NCBI GenBank assembly: GCA_051362555.1
Contig: CM120640.1
Location: 57,142,788 to 57,206,787, forward strand
DNA from: Lingula anatina
Taxonomy: Eukaryota > Animalia > Brachiopoda
DNA length: 64,000 nucleotides
Direction of reading: 5' to 3'
Shown: piece after piece, positions 1-13,500 of the stretch
How positions within the stretch are numbered: the first letter of the stretch is position 1
Layout of the letters: the number at the start of each line of letters is the position of its first letter
Translations under genes and position numbers: made by a program
Notes under the pieces: generated by a model
Database searches by the model: none
What the model was told of the DNA's origin: nothing
The model's input: only the letters and a program-made list of their open reading frames with translations

Positions 1-383
1 TTTTGCAAAGAATTCCTTTTTTTCAGAAAATTTTGGCCCATTTGACCCTAAAATAAAGGTCAAAGGTCTAATTCAAGGGCATATTTGCAATCTATAGTAA
101 TTTCCCCCATAATTCCTTGGTTTTGGAGGTATTTAGCAAATTTCGGACAGAGGTGCATTGTGACGACTGCCACACCTAGACCGATGCACTGACAAAGCCC
201 AAATTTACGTGGAGCAAGTTGAGATTATATGTGACCTAAATCCAAGAGAAAGGTAAACAGGGCTTTGTAGTCTAGGAGGAGAAGCGTTAATGGTGATGTG
301 GTAGCGGAGCCGGTGGATACGGCAGACGGTACGAGTAGGGACAAAAACTATGTGTACCACCAGAGCTGCGCTGGTGGTACAAT
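1..383 (-). mobile_element. End of a HINE/Helentron non-autonomous element, cut by the window edge; related to 1901-6304
   Basis: Homologous to ~5870-6304; terminal stem-loop tgtaccaccag...ctggtggtaca. Confidence 0.8.
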
Positions 384-396
384 AAGTGTTTCTTAC

Positions 397-441
397 CTGG
401 GCATTTAGAACAGCTCTTGTCTGCAGTATTCTTCCAATGAT
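397..441 (-). CDS. TERB1: TERB1 exon 14 (HWKNTADKSCSKCP)
   Basis: Acceptor atgtag, donor G|gtaaga; ends KCPG, like vertebrate RCSG(C). Confidence 0.65.
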
Positions 442-3400
442 CTACATGTGAAAAACAAAATAAAATAAAATTAATTAAAAATTAATTAATTAATTAATTA
501 ATATTTGCACAATAATCCATATGTATAAAACTAATATTATAGAACAGAATTTAAATGTGCTCTACAGTAATACAAATTCTCAAAATAATATAGCAAAATC
601 ACATATTGCTAGTGAACAAATCAGAAATTATACAAATTGATTCTTTTATCAACATAAGTATCAACATCAATCACATACATTTTTCATTTTGCTCAGGTGC
701 AGAGTGGTTTGAGTCTTCATCATAATATACCACAAAACATGTGTCAGTTGAATGTTTACATTTTACTGGCCTTGTAAGTGGTCTTGTAATCTTGGGCACA
801 TTTTCTTGCAATTTACTGGGATCATGGTTTGGCTTTTCAGCCTGTTTAACCAGGTTGCAATCAAATTCTGATGCAGAATCTTCCACTTTCTCTCCATGCA
901 GATTAGAGCTTTCTATTATTGAATCTTGAAAATTCAAGTGCCTCTTACTCTCTGTGGGGGCTGTAAAGCAATATTCCTGGTTATATGACCACCGTTGTTG
1001 CACTGGTGTAATGCAAATACCCTCTCTCTTTCCCTGCATTTTTCTTTGTTTGACTGGTGTCACACTTGTATCTTCTCTGTCTGCTACAGTGTAATGTTGC
1101 TTAGGATGAATGTTCTCTTTATGAGTCCATCTTCGATTTACTGGTGTAACACACACATCCTCCTGGACAGTCTGTGGAGGAAATCTTCTAGGCTCACTGC
1201 TTTCAGCCGATTCCATCCCCAAACCTAAATTATTTGCTTCAACAAGTCTCACTGGTCCTGTGTAACAACCATATGTCTTCCTAAATGGGTTTGATGGGAA
1301 ATCTCTAATTGCGTTTGTTGGCAGCAATGCTCTCTTCACAGTGTGACACAATGTGCTGCTTTTAGATGAGACAGATTCCTTTTCCTTCACTACCGCAGTA
1401 GGTCTGACGAACTTAGTTGTAGATGAATAAGACTTCTTTTTATTCACAACTATTTTAGGTTTAGCAAACTCAACACCTTGATTGATCTCAACAACAGGCA
1501 TTCTCTCAATGTTAGAACAAATAAAAGGTAGGGATGATGCACGATCAACTGTACTGAAACATGTTCCTGTGTGGTCAGTTAGGTTACACCTTATGGCTTC
1601 CTCCTCACCATTACATTTTGTAAGTTGTTTTTTGTGTACACTGCAATTTTCAGGAGTGTCAGTGCTTTTTTCTTGTTCAAGATTAGGTTGCCTGATGGAT
1701 TTCTGTAGAGACACCTCAGTTTTGTCAAGTGGTGCGTTAGAGCCAAAGTTTTCCTCATTTTTTTCCATTTCATCTTTTCTTTCTTCTCGTATTAGTAAGT
1801 TTTTGCTGTAGTAACCAGCACCTGACTGAAATGAGAGCTTTTCATATTAAAAAAAAAAGAAAAATATATAAGATCTTAAACATGCCAAAACAGTTTAAAA
1901 CTAGAGGATCAGAGAGGCGATACCGCCTCCGAATGTTGTACCACCAGCTGGAGCAAGCGCATTCGTATAGACCCCCCACATACACAAAATAAGGGACACA
2001 GCCACCAGTCTTATGCTTGACAAGCTATAAAAATGTAATCAACAAGAATTTTCAAAATACGCAAAAAATATATATAACTTAAAATGGTACAATCAAAGTT
2101 AAGTTAAGGTAGGTCAAAGGTCAATTTCAAGGTCACAGTAAATTGCCAGTATATGACTTTCTATTCAACTACAATAGTAACTATGGACCTATCTCTGCCA
2201 GGTTTGGAGTTAAAAGAGAAAGAAATTAGCAGAGTTCAGTTCATGATTATAAGTAGGTCAAAGGTCAATTTCAAGGTCACACTTAGATTGCCAGTATATG
2301 ACTTCCTATTCAAGTTCAATAGTAACTATGGACCTATCTCGCTAGTTTTGGAAATAAAAGGGAACCAAAATTTGCAAAGTTCAATTCATGATAAAAAGTA
2401 GGTCAAAGGTCAATTTCAAGGTCACATTTAGATTGCCATTATATGACTTCCTCTTCAACTTCAATAGAAACTATGGACCTATCTCTGCCAGTTTTGGAGA
2501 TAAAAGGGAGGCAAAATTTGCAAAGTTCAGTGCATGGTGAAGAGTAGGTCAAAGGTCAATTTCAAGGTCACAGTAAGATTGCCAGTACATGACTTCCTAT
2601 TCAACTTCAATAGTAACTATGGACTTATCTCTGCCAGTTTTGGAGATATAAGGGACTAAATGTTATAATTTTGGAGTTACCATAATGTGCCATAAATTTC
2701 CTACGGAAAAAATTAATTAAAATAAAGAAAAGGTCATTTTGGAAAAAAAACCTTGAAATGGGAGGTGCTCTGAAGTTCCAGATGTTCAAATTTGATGAAA
2801 TAATGTCATTTTCGACCACAAGTTGCCTGCTTTGCCAAGCCTTATGTTTTATTTTTCCGGAGTTCAAAATTTATTATCCATTACCGTACTGCACATTTTG
2901 CTTTAACCACCAAAATGTACTTTTTGATAAGGTGTAACTTTGGAGATAAAAGGGAAGCAAAATTTGCAAGGTTCAGTTCATGATGAAAAGTAGGTCAAAG
3001 GTCAATTTCAAGGTCACAGTAAGATTGCCAGTATATGACTTCCTATTCAACTTCAATAGTAACTATGGACCTATCTCTGCCAGTTTTGGAGATAAAAGGG
3101 AACCAAAATTTGCAAAGTTCAGTTCATGGTGAAAAGTAGGTCAAAGGTAAATTTTAAGGTCACATTTAGATTGCTAGTATATGACTTCCTATTCAACTTC
3201 AATAGTAACTATGGACCTATCTCTGCTAGTTTTGGAGATAAAAGGGAAGCAAATTTTCCAAAGTTCAGTTCATGGTGGAAAGTAGGTCAAAGGTCAATTT
3301 CAAGGCCACATTTAGATTGCCAGTATATGACTTCATATTCAAGTTCAATAGAAACTATGGACCTATCTCTGCCAGTTTTGGAGATAAAAGGGAGGCAAAA

Positions 3401-6400
3401 TTTGCAAAGTTCAGTTCATGGTGAAAAGTAGGTCAAAGGTCAATTTCAAGGTCACAGTAAGATTGCCAGTACATGACTTCCTATTCAACTTCAATAGTAA
3501 CTATGGACTTATCTCTGCCAGTTTTGGAGATATAAGGGACTAAATGTTATAATTTTGGAGTTACCATAATGTGCCATAAATTTCCTACAGAAAAAATTAA
3601 TTAAAATAAAGAAAAGGTCATTTTGGTAAAAATTCCTGAAATGGGAGGTGCTCTGAAGTTTCAAATGTTCAAATTTGATGAAATAATGTCATTTTCGACC
3701 ACAAGTTGCCTGCTTTGCCTAGCCTTATGTTTTATTTTTACGGAGTTCAAAATTTATTATCCATTACCGTACTGCACATTTTGCTTTAACCACCAAAATG
3801 TACTTTTTGATACAGCGTAACTTTGGAGATAAAAGGGAAGCAAAATTTGCAAAGTTCAGTTCATCATGAAAAGTAGGTCAAAGGTCAATTTCAAGGTCAC
3901 AGTAAGATTGCCAATATATGACTTCCTATTCAAGTCCAATAGTAACTATGGACCTATCTCTGCCAGTTTTGGAGATAAAAGGGAACCAAAATTTGCAAAG
4001 TTCAATTCATGATAAAAAGTAGGTCAAAGGTCAATTTCAAGGTCACATTAAGATTGCCAGTATATGACTTCCTATTCAACTTCAATAGTAACTATGGACC
4101 TATCTCTGCCAGGTTTGGAGTTAATAGAGAAAGAAATTAGCAGAGTTCAGTTCATGGTAAAAAGTAGGTCAAAGGTCAATTTTAAGGCCACATTTAGATT
4201 GCCAGTATATGACTTCCTATTCAACTTCAATAGTAACTATGGACCTATCTCTGCCAGTTTTGGAGATAAAAGGGAAGCAAAATTTGCAAAGTTCAGTTCA
4301 TGACGAAAAGTAGGTCAAAGGTCAATTTCAAGGTCACAGTAAGATTGCCAGTATATGACTTCCTATTCAAGTTCAATGGTAACTATGGACCTATCTCTGC
4401 CAGTTTTGGAGATAAAAGGGAACCAAAATTTGCAAAGTTCAATTCATGATAAAAAGTAGGTCAAAGGTCAATTTCAAGGTCACATTAAGATTGCCAGTAT
4501 ATGACTTCCTATTCAACTTCAATAGTAACTATGGACCTATGTCTGCCAGGTTTGGAGTTAATAGAGAAAGAAATTAGCAGAGTTCAGTTCATGGTAAAAA
4601 GTAGGTCAAAGGTCAATTTTAAGGCCACATTTAGATTGCCAGTATATGACTTCCTATTCAACTTCAATAGTAACTATGGACCTATCTCTGCCAGTTTTGG
4701 AGATAAAAGGGAAGCAAAATTTGCAAAGTTCAGTTCATGACGAAAAGTAGGTCAAAGGTCAATTTCAAGGTCACAGTAAGATTGCCAGTATATGACTTCC
4801 TATTCAAGTTCAATGGTAACTATGGACCTATCTCTGCCAGTTTTGGAGATAAAAGGGAACCAAAATTTGCAAAGTTCAATTCATGATAAAAAGTAGTTCA
4901 AAGGTCAATTTCAAGGTCACATTTAGATTGCCAGTATATGACTTCCTATTCAACTTCAATAGTAACTATGGACCTATCTCTGCCAGGTTTGGAGTTAAAA
5001 GAGAAAGAAATTAGCAGAGTTCAGTTCATGGTGAAAAGTAGGTCAAAGGTCAATTTTAAGGTCACATTTAGATTGCCAGTATATGACTTCCTCTTCAACT
5101 TCAATAGTAACTATGGACCTATCTCTGCTAGTTTTGGAGATAAAAGGGAAGCAAAATTTCCAAAGTTCAGTTCATGGTGAAAAGTAGGTCAAAGGTCAAT
5201 TTCAAGGTCACAGTAAGATTGCCAGTATATGACTTCCTATTCAACTTCAATAGTAACTATGGACCTATCTCTGCCAGTTTTGGAGATATAAGGGACTAAA
5301 TGTTATAATTTTGGAGTTACCTTAATGTGCCATAAATTTCCTACAGAAAAAATTAATTAAAATAAAGAAAAGGTCATTTTGGTCAAAATTCTTGAAATGG
5401 GAGGTGCTCTGAAGTTCCAGAAGTTCAAATTTGATGAAATAATGTCATTTTTGACCACAAGTTGTCTGCTTTGCCAAGCCTTATGTTTTATTTTTCCAGA
5501 GTTCAAAATTTATTATCCATTACCGTACTGCACATTTTGCTTTCACCACCAATATGTACTTTTTGATACAGCGTAACTCGAAAACCGTATGGAATACAAA
5601 AAAACGGAGACCACCTCCAGTGTTGGGCTTTACATGCTCTACAAAATGCAAAAAAGAATGGGTCTCTAGCATTAACGGTTCCCGAATTAGAGACAGTTTT
5701 CAGTTTCGGTATCTTATGGCCGCTACACCCGTGAAAATGCACCGATTGACCCCAAATTCACACAGATGAAAGATGACCTGAAGGGTAATATTTTCCAATA
5801 ATTTTATTGGTTAAGTCTGTGTGGTGTCTGAATAACAGCGCAAATAAATTTTTTTTCGTAAAAAAATTCATTTTTTTGAAAATTTTTTGCCCGTTTGACC
5901 TTGAAATAAAGGTCAAAGGTCAAATCCAAGGGCATATTTGAAACCTACACATATGACTTTTGGAAAGCCGTCTGTAGAAATTTTTCCCATAATTCCTTCC
6001 GTAGGGTAGATAATTAGCATTTAATTTTGCCATTTTGGGACAAGGGTGCATTGCAATGAGTGCCACACCTAGACCCCAATACCGACAAAGCCCAAATTTT
6101 ACGTGGAACGAGTTGAGATTATAGGTGACCTAAATCCAAGAGATGGGTATGGGGGCCCTTACCGTCTAGGAGGAGAAGCGGTAACGGTAACATGGCGGCG
6201 GAGCCGGCGGAGCCGCAGGAGCCGGCGGAGCCGCAGGAGCCGGCGGAACGGACCGGACGGGACTAAAACCATGTGTACCGCCAGCGCTAACGCTGGTGGT
6301 ACAATGAAGAATACTCCAGGAGCTCAGACTCCTCTGCATGGGCAAAATGTGCATAATAATAAAATAAAATAAAACAATCATTCATTAACAAACATATTAA

Positions 6401-9400
6401 ACTTAGATTTTTTTTTCTGTCTAGCTTAAGAATGTCATTAAAATTAGTAATTTTCATCAGAAAATGTAACTACCACTGCAGGCACTGGGCCTCATTGGCC
6501 ATAGGAATTCAAAACTCACATCTATAAAATGCCAATTTGTGAAAGATCACTTAATATCAGTAATTATCCCCCAACCTCTACTTTTGCTGGTGGTGAAAAG
6601 GTAGCAGGGCAAAGTTGAGTTCAAGGGGAGGTGGGGTAGGGGTGAACTCCAAAGTCAAAAGTACTTTGAATTCACTGATAACTTTTGTCTTTTTCATGCA
6701 AATACACTTAAAATAAAATGTGAACGGAGTAATTACATACTTTGGGTTTCTTCCAAAATGTGGCCATTAAATTAAACACAGATCCTCAGTTTACTTTGAC
6801 CTCAATTCATTTGAGTGTACTCTTCCCTGATTTTAGATTGCCGATTTTAGTGTGCATTGAATAAGCACAACGTACTCTCGTCTTGGGAGTTCAAACCCTT
6901 TGAAATTTGTTTGGCAACACCTTGATAGACAAATTGCAGCACAGATAGACAGGCTGACATGACTCCAGCATGTCAAACACTCCTTACTTCATGCAGGAGA
7001 AGAAGAATGCAAATTATGGCTTGCATTCAGTTGCCCGGTATACTATACCTCTTTCAATAGCCTTTTATCTTCTGTCTCCATCACAGCAATTTCTTTGTTT
7101 GGTGTAAAGGATGGCAGTTGCTTCTCAACAGCTGTTTCACTTGCCTGAACACATGAGACAGCTTCAAGCTTCTGCTCTAGTAACTTCTGATTTTGGGCAA
7201 GTTTTTCTACTTCTATCTCCAATCTTCTTTCATTTGTCAAAGAAATTAAAAGATTTATGTAATTGATGTTTTTCATCATTTTAAACTAGCTTATCTTTTC
7301 TAAAATAGTATGGCAAGATTCATCCCACCCTAAAAGGAGAGAAAAATATAATTAACATCTTTTCTCCCCTTTTTAAGGCGGGATGGAATCTTGCCATACT
7401 ATTTTAGAAAAGATATATCTTCATCTCCACGATACTGGTTAACAGCAATGGATGCTGGGCATCAAAATTTCAACATAGGGCTGATCTTGTGAGAATGCTT
7501 TCCGCTTAGAATATGCATCGCATTTTGCTTTATATTTGTAAATTTTGGAAAATGTAACTGCAAACCCCCCATATGCCATAGTGATTAGTGGCTTATTTTC
7601 AGCTACTGGTACTTCAGATATATACATGTAAAAATAAAACAAGTATTCAGGCACAGCAGCTAACAAAAACTGATTCTTGGCATAACCTGTACAAAAGGTT
7701 CCGGCATAACCAGAAGGAAAATTGCTTCTCATTCTTGCTCAGTTACTAAGTTAAATTTTTCACCTCAAATTCCATCTACTTTCCACTTGGTTTCTGCTTG
7801 GAATCAGCCTCTTGAATATTATTTTAAGTACAGAGGCATAATTGATTTATGCCCCAAATTCTAAAGAAGAATTCTGCCTCCTATAGGCCTTGATTACAGA
7901 TGAAAAATGACACCCGGAAAAAAAATATGCCTCAGCTCATTTAAATTTTTCGCCTGCTGAACACTATATTAAGTACAGAGGCATAATCATATTTCTATTG
8001 AAAAATCTATCCCAATGATGCCTGGATTCTGGGTTGAAAATTTTGTACAGGCACCAAGCTATTTGGAATGATAAAAAAATTATCAGGGAAGAGTACACTC
8101 AACTGCACACAGTTGGGAAAGCATGCTTCCCTCCTGAATCGGCGGTTAAGCAGTGATGACATGAAATCGTCTCTCATGCGTTACAAGCCAAAATTAGGTG
8201 GGAACCAGATATTTAATTAGTCTCATTTAATATTCATGTAATTGGGTCATTATGTAATCAATGGAAATGTCCACTATGTACATGTATGCTAGGTCCCTGG
8301 GCAGAATCTGTTGTTTCACTGTGACAGTCGTGCGCTTCTGAAGGAATTGAAATAAGACTGAGTCATGACATCTGTGATTACATGCTCAGATGACAGGATT
8401 TCCATACACCTTGTTGTTTTATGAAAAGCAGAGTTTATTTCAGTTATTTAAATTCCAAAATTGAATTATCTAATTAGTTCACGTGTATGGGAGATCATAC
8501 TTTGTACTGAAGTTGAAAACGGAAAAGATGGTAGCGCATAATAACCCATTTTCTTCACCCATTAAAATTTGCAGCAAAGAGCAATTTTAGTATTTCTCTA
8601 GTGTGTCTGCTGTAAATGATCCCTGAGATGACCAAAAAGAAAAAAAAAAAAGAAAACATGACAATACTGAGCGTTCTTTTCCATAATGTACGTACAGCTG
8701 CAAAACAGACTGGTATGTCCTAGTAAAACTGTTAGGGGGTAATTATCTTTACCCCCTAGCTGATTCGGTAGGCGTGACAGACATTTAAGGCAGTTGACAG
8801 CAATTTAGTGAGGCTCCCCAGGGAGTTAGACCGATCCAGATGGATCAATCTAGGCATGGGAACCCAGTCTAATACTGCCAATCTTTATCTTTTATTTCAG
8901 AATTAAATTATTTGAAAGGGGTCAAGATTATCTGATTATCTACTGGCTCTCTCTTTTTGATGGGTTCAACAGTGCAGTGCAATAATACAATGTTTATACA
9001 ACAAAAATGATATGGATATAGAAATGGCAATATGAACTTTATCTATTCTGTTTTTTTTTCTTACATGTTCTTTACTAGATAAGAAGTTTTTCATGCAACA
9101 TACCCAGAACATGGTATCATTTTACGCTGTTCAGCATCTCCATCCAGATCATCAAATTGGATACAAGGTTTTATCAATGCATTAAACAAATCTGAAGCCT
9201 TGCCTGAAGTTGCATTCAGTTTCTTCTGACCTGAAAGACACTTACATTTGCGAGTGACAGTATAATCAATGGAAATACCTCAAAAGTCATGCCCTTCCTG
9301 GAAAGTTTACACAGAATTCTGTCACTAGCCTAATATGTGTACATTTCTTTTAAAAAGATCCTGGTTAAAATTGATACAACAGTACATGTATGCATTATTT

Positions 9401-10541
9401 TTGTTACAAATAACAGAAAATTAATGGTCTGGTGGTAATTGACTTATGTCATCTGAGGTTAAACAAGGCTAATTATCATCAGACCAGTGACATTTCACAC
9501 TGAAGACGACGATGAGGAATCATCAAATATGGCACAGATGTACGTTTCATACTTCAGATTGCTAGAATCTAACAATTACCATTGCATAAATAATTCAAAT
9601 CAGGAACCCACAAATATTCATTCATTAAGAAAAAAACATGGAATTTATGAAATATAAATCAGATTTAATTTATGAATAAAATACACCAAATACACTATTT
9701 AAATGGGGTCTTGGCAATGTGCATAGACATTTACATAAATGGGGTCAATATTCATAGGGTTTGGTATATGCTGTCTATGTAAACTGGATTTTTCTGCAAG
9801 AGTGGATTGTAATCTGTTGTGATGAGAGTTACAGCAGAGTGTGCTTAACACCAGTGACTTCAATATTCAGTTGATAACCTTGCATTGGCCTCTCCATTTA
9901 ACACCTGAAGTTATCGAAGTGTACAGAAAGAGACTGCAAATGAACTGAAATGATCATTTTATTCATTTTTAGGGGCCCAAAACTGACATTCTTATCTAAT
10001 TTAACATACATGTAAATAAAACAAAGATGACCATTTTCTTACCTGCTGAAACACATGTCTTTAAAACAAATTTTACAGCTTTGTTAAAATCTTCTTGTTC
10101 TTCATTTACCAGATGTTGTGCTAAAACAGCAAACCCATTTTCTTCAGCAAATAACTTTCTGTTCTCTTCTGAAACACAGACTGAGCACATTGTAATTCAC
10201 ATAAAATGAGTAGTTCACACTTAAATATCTGGTCCTGAATATTACAACTAAAATATCCATGCTTCAAATTTATCAAGTCACAATTTTTTTCTTAAATTAT
10301 TTATTCACGAAAATCAATACATGACATTTACAACATAATAAGAGACAAATACACCTTTCACACACCATTCACACACTGCAAACAAAATTCTCACAAATGT
10401 TGATTAAAAATGCATGTAGAATTTTTTTAAATAAAAGAATCTTAGTAGGCCTAGGCTACGACAAATGTTCTTTTCAAGTCACATTTGTTTACTATTTTAA
10501 ACCAAGAAAACTTTTAAATTTCAATACAACAATTACATCTA

Positions 10542-10594
<53 letters not shown>

Positions 10595-13500
10595 ACCACA
10601 AGTATCCACACAAAAACCAAGAGTCACAATGATATGTTCCTTTGTTTCAATGTCTATTGGCTTTATATCAAGGAGCTGTAGGAAGATTTTTACTCCACCT
10701 TGTTTCCCAACCAGCTTAGCATTTAAAGCTAAATAGAAACCAACAAAGACAACTATTAATCAAAGTTAATACAAGCAAACAAACTGAATCACATTAATAA
10801 AGCATTGCAGGGTGAAACTGCCTAAAATCCCCTCATTGTAATGATAAATTATTTAATTATTTCTAATCAAATATGGATATCAATTTTCAATGCAGAAGTC
10901 CATTTGATGGTTTCCTGGGCAAGAACACAATATAAAACCCCTACCATTATCAGCAATACAGGAACCTAAAGCACCTGCAATCTGACCAGCTAGAGCCAAA
11001 TAGGTTGGATTGTTCTTTGCCTTGTCAGCAACTTTAAACAGACAGCTCATAAGAGAGTGGATCCCATCACTACAAACTACTCTTTCCTGGTTATGAACTG
11101 CAATATATTAAAGAAATTTATTAAATTCAATAAAATATATAAATTAATAGCATATTGAACCAATAATTAAAATTTTTGTGGAGAATTCTGTCTCACTTAC
11201 CAGCCAAATATAAGTAGCTATAGAAAAAAGAATCTTCACAAGTCTGTTGCATCAGTGGTGCTAGTCAACAGAATTAAGTACAATCAAACTCATAGTGCTA
11301 CATGCATCTGTACAGTATGGTATCTGGAAGTAAAATTAAAATATTAACTTAACTTACCATTGTTTCCGACAGCTAAGCTTACAAGAGACAAAATAGGCCT
11401 TATAACTTTAAGATCACTGATGTTTTTCAATCTTTTAAAAATATATGGAAAGATAGTTGCACAACACCTCTGGTTTTCTTCTGCAATATAGAAAATAATT
11501 TGTATAAAAAAGTTGAGTTACTTTGAATTTTTTCATGTAAAATTCAAGACTTCTAACATCCTACAGTAATGTTCATTTTTAAATGTAATAATCAAACATT
11601 TTATCCATGTATAGAAGGGTCATGTATCTCTGAAGACATCATTTGATATTGTAGCTTTTATGTCTATGAACACCAATGCAATGTACAAAAGGACATCATG
11701 CACCCCAACAAGTTTCATTTTGTAAAATATTTTAAAAATTTTATTACTACAGCACTGCGAAATAAATGCACTGACCATTTTGTGGATTGTTTACACATAT
11801 ACACAAAGCACTAGTAACACTTGTCCACAAGTCTTTATAATGTTCATCATTCTTGTTCTTAAACGATGAGCTTTCAGATACTGATGAGGAAAATGTATAA
11901 TCTTCTGTGCTTGGCATGCTCTTCCTGAAGAATAAAAACAATAACCCATCTTATCAATCAATTTTGCCTTCTTTGATAAAAAATTAAATTTGCTTTTGGT
12001 TTATATTTAGATATCATATTAAAGTGCGTTACTAATGTGATGTTTAATCTGGTTACCTGAACAGATGTAGCAACCCCTGAAGACAACCTGACTGCCTCAC
12101 CATCATCTGTCCATGTGCTAGGAATGGAAATAAAAATCAGAACTTCTACATGTTGATTTGCCATCCTTACTGAGCACATAATGTAAAATAAATCAATGTT
12201 TTAGAAGTATACATAACCATTTAACTGATGTTTTGAATGAAGTATCACAATTAAATTACCAGCTAAATTGTCTGCTGAAATATGTTTATATGAGCCTGGA
12301 TTCACTTTAGCATGTTAAATTTTAACCAAATGTTAAACAAATTATCTTATTTGGCAGGCAAAAACATATATCGTTTTTGTCTAATTCATCATGATTCTGA
12401 TTCTGCTTAAATTATCCAACTATAAAGGGGTGATACTGTGTATTTTAATTAAATGTAAAAAAATATATATTCAGTCAGTTAAAAACTGTTTGAATTTTTC
12501 ATCAACACAAGTGCTCCTGAAACATTTATACTCACAGTTATTTGCTACAAGGCACATTATCAGATATAATGCTGACTTGATAAGTTTCATCTCAGAATAC
12601 GGGGCTGCCACTAGGTCTTTCAGATAGGTAAATGTGGAGTCAAAACTCATTTCCCTCTGAGAAAACACTAGAATTAAGTAAATAAGCTATCAAAATGAAC
12701 AAACAAATGTAAATTAAATTTTAACAAATGAGATATATACTAAATTAAATTAAAATGATAACTAGAACATTGCATATAATGCATTATTTCTTTCAGGATT
12801 AATCATTTTAAGATGGATTTAAAGTCATTTGTGTGTGTGTGTGTGTGTATGTGTGTGTGTGCACGCGCACGCACATTATGAAACAGTGGTGTATAAAACT
12901 TTAAAGTAAAATGAGCTGCTTTAATTGAGGCATTTTTGTGTTTTAATATTACTAACAGATCAATTTACATCATTTACCATTTTTTTCTACTGCACAAGCC
13001 ATAACATACAAAACTGCTCCTTTGACTTCTCTATGCTTTGATGTTGTAAGCAGTTCTACTAGGAATTTTATCCCTCCTGCTTTCCTGAAAAAAACTTTAC
13101 CATTTTCTGAAAATGAAGGAGAGAACAATGATATTTCATTTTTGTAAATTTATTAAAATATAAAAGCTTATTATAATTCAGATTAAGAACTGAAATTTTA
13201 AGTCATAATTTCCTGATTTCAATCATGTTAAAGAGGTTCGAGAAAAATGTCATACTTCTAAGAATGAAAACAAGAATTGTGTCAGATGTGCTACTGTGGA
13301 CATGCAAAGCACCTACTAATATAATAAGCTGTCAGCAAGGACATAATGGTGGCACCAACAATGAGACTGGAAATGTTTTAATCAGGTGACATTTGTTTTA
13401 TCCTAATTTTATTAGTTAAATATTTTTCAGATTTGATGTTCCACTTATCAGTTGTCAATATGCTAACTCAACTTACCATGTATGGAAAATAAAGTTGCAA

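Noticed and set aside
2105-5290. CRISPR-like regular repeat array
   Set aside because: The sequence between motifs is itself repeated (no unique spacers), there are no cas genes, and the context is eukaryotic.
2153-5769. Repeated 65-100 aa ORFs (MTSYSTSIVTMDL...) resembling a tandem gene family
   Set aside because: They are translations of the satellite; copies differ by stops and frameshifts.
6103-6381. Arg/Ser-rich (protamine-like) and Pro/Ala-rich ORFs
   Set aside because: Both derive from the HINE 9-bp GC-rich microsatellite.
9860-9950. Possible extra TERB1 exon after exon 10
   Set aside because: The candidate phase-1 acceptors tried all reach a stop within a few codons, and 9230-9104 fits the phases; an alternative terminal exon cannot be excluded.
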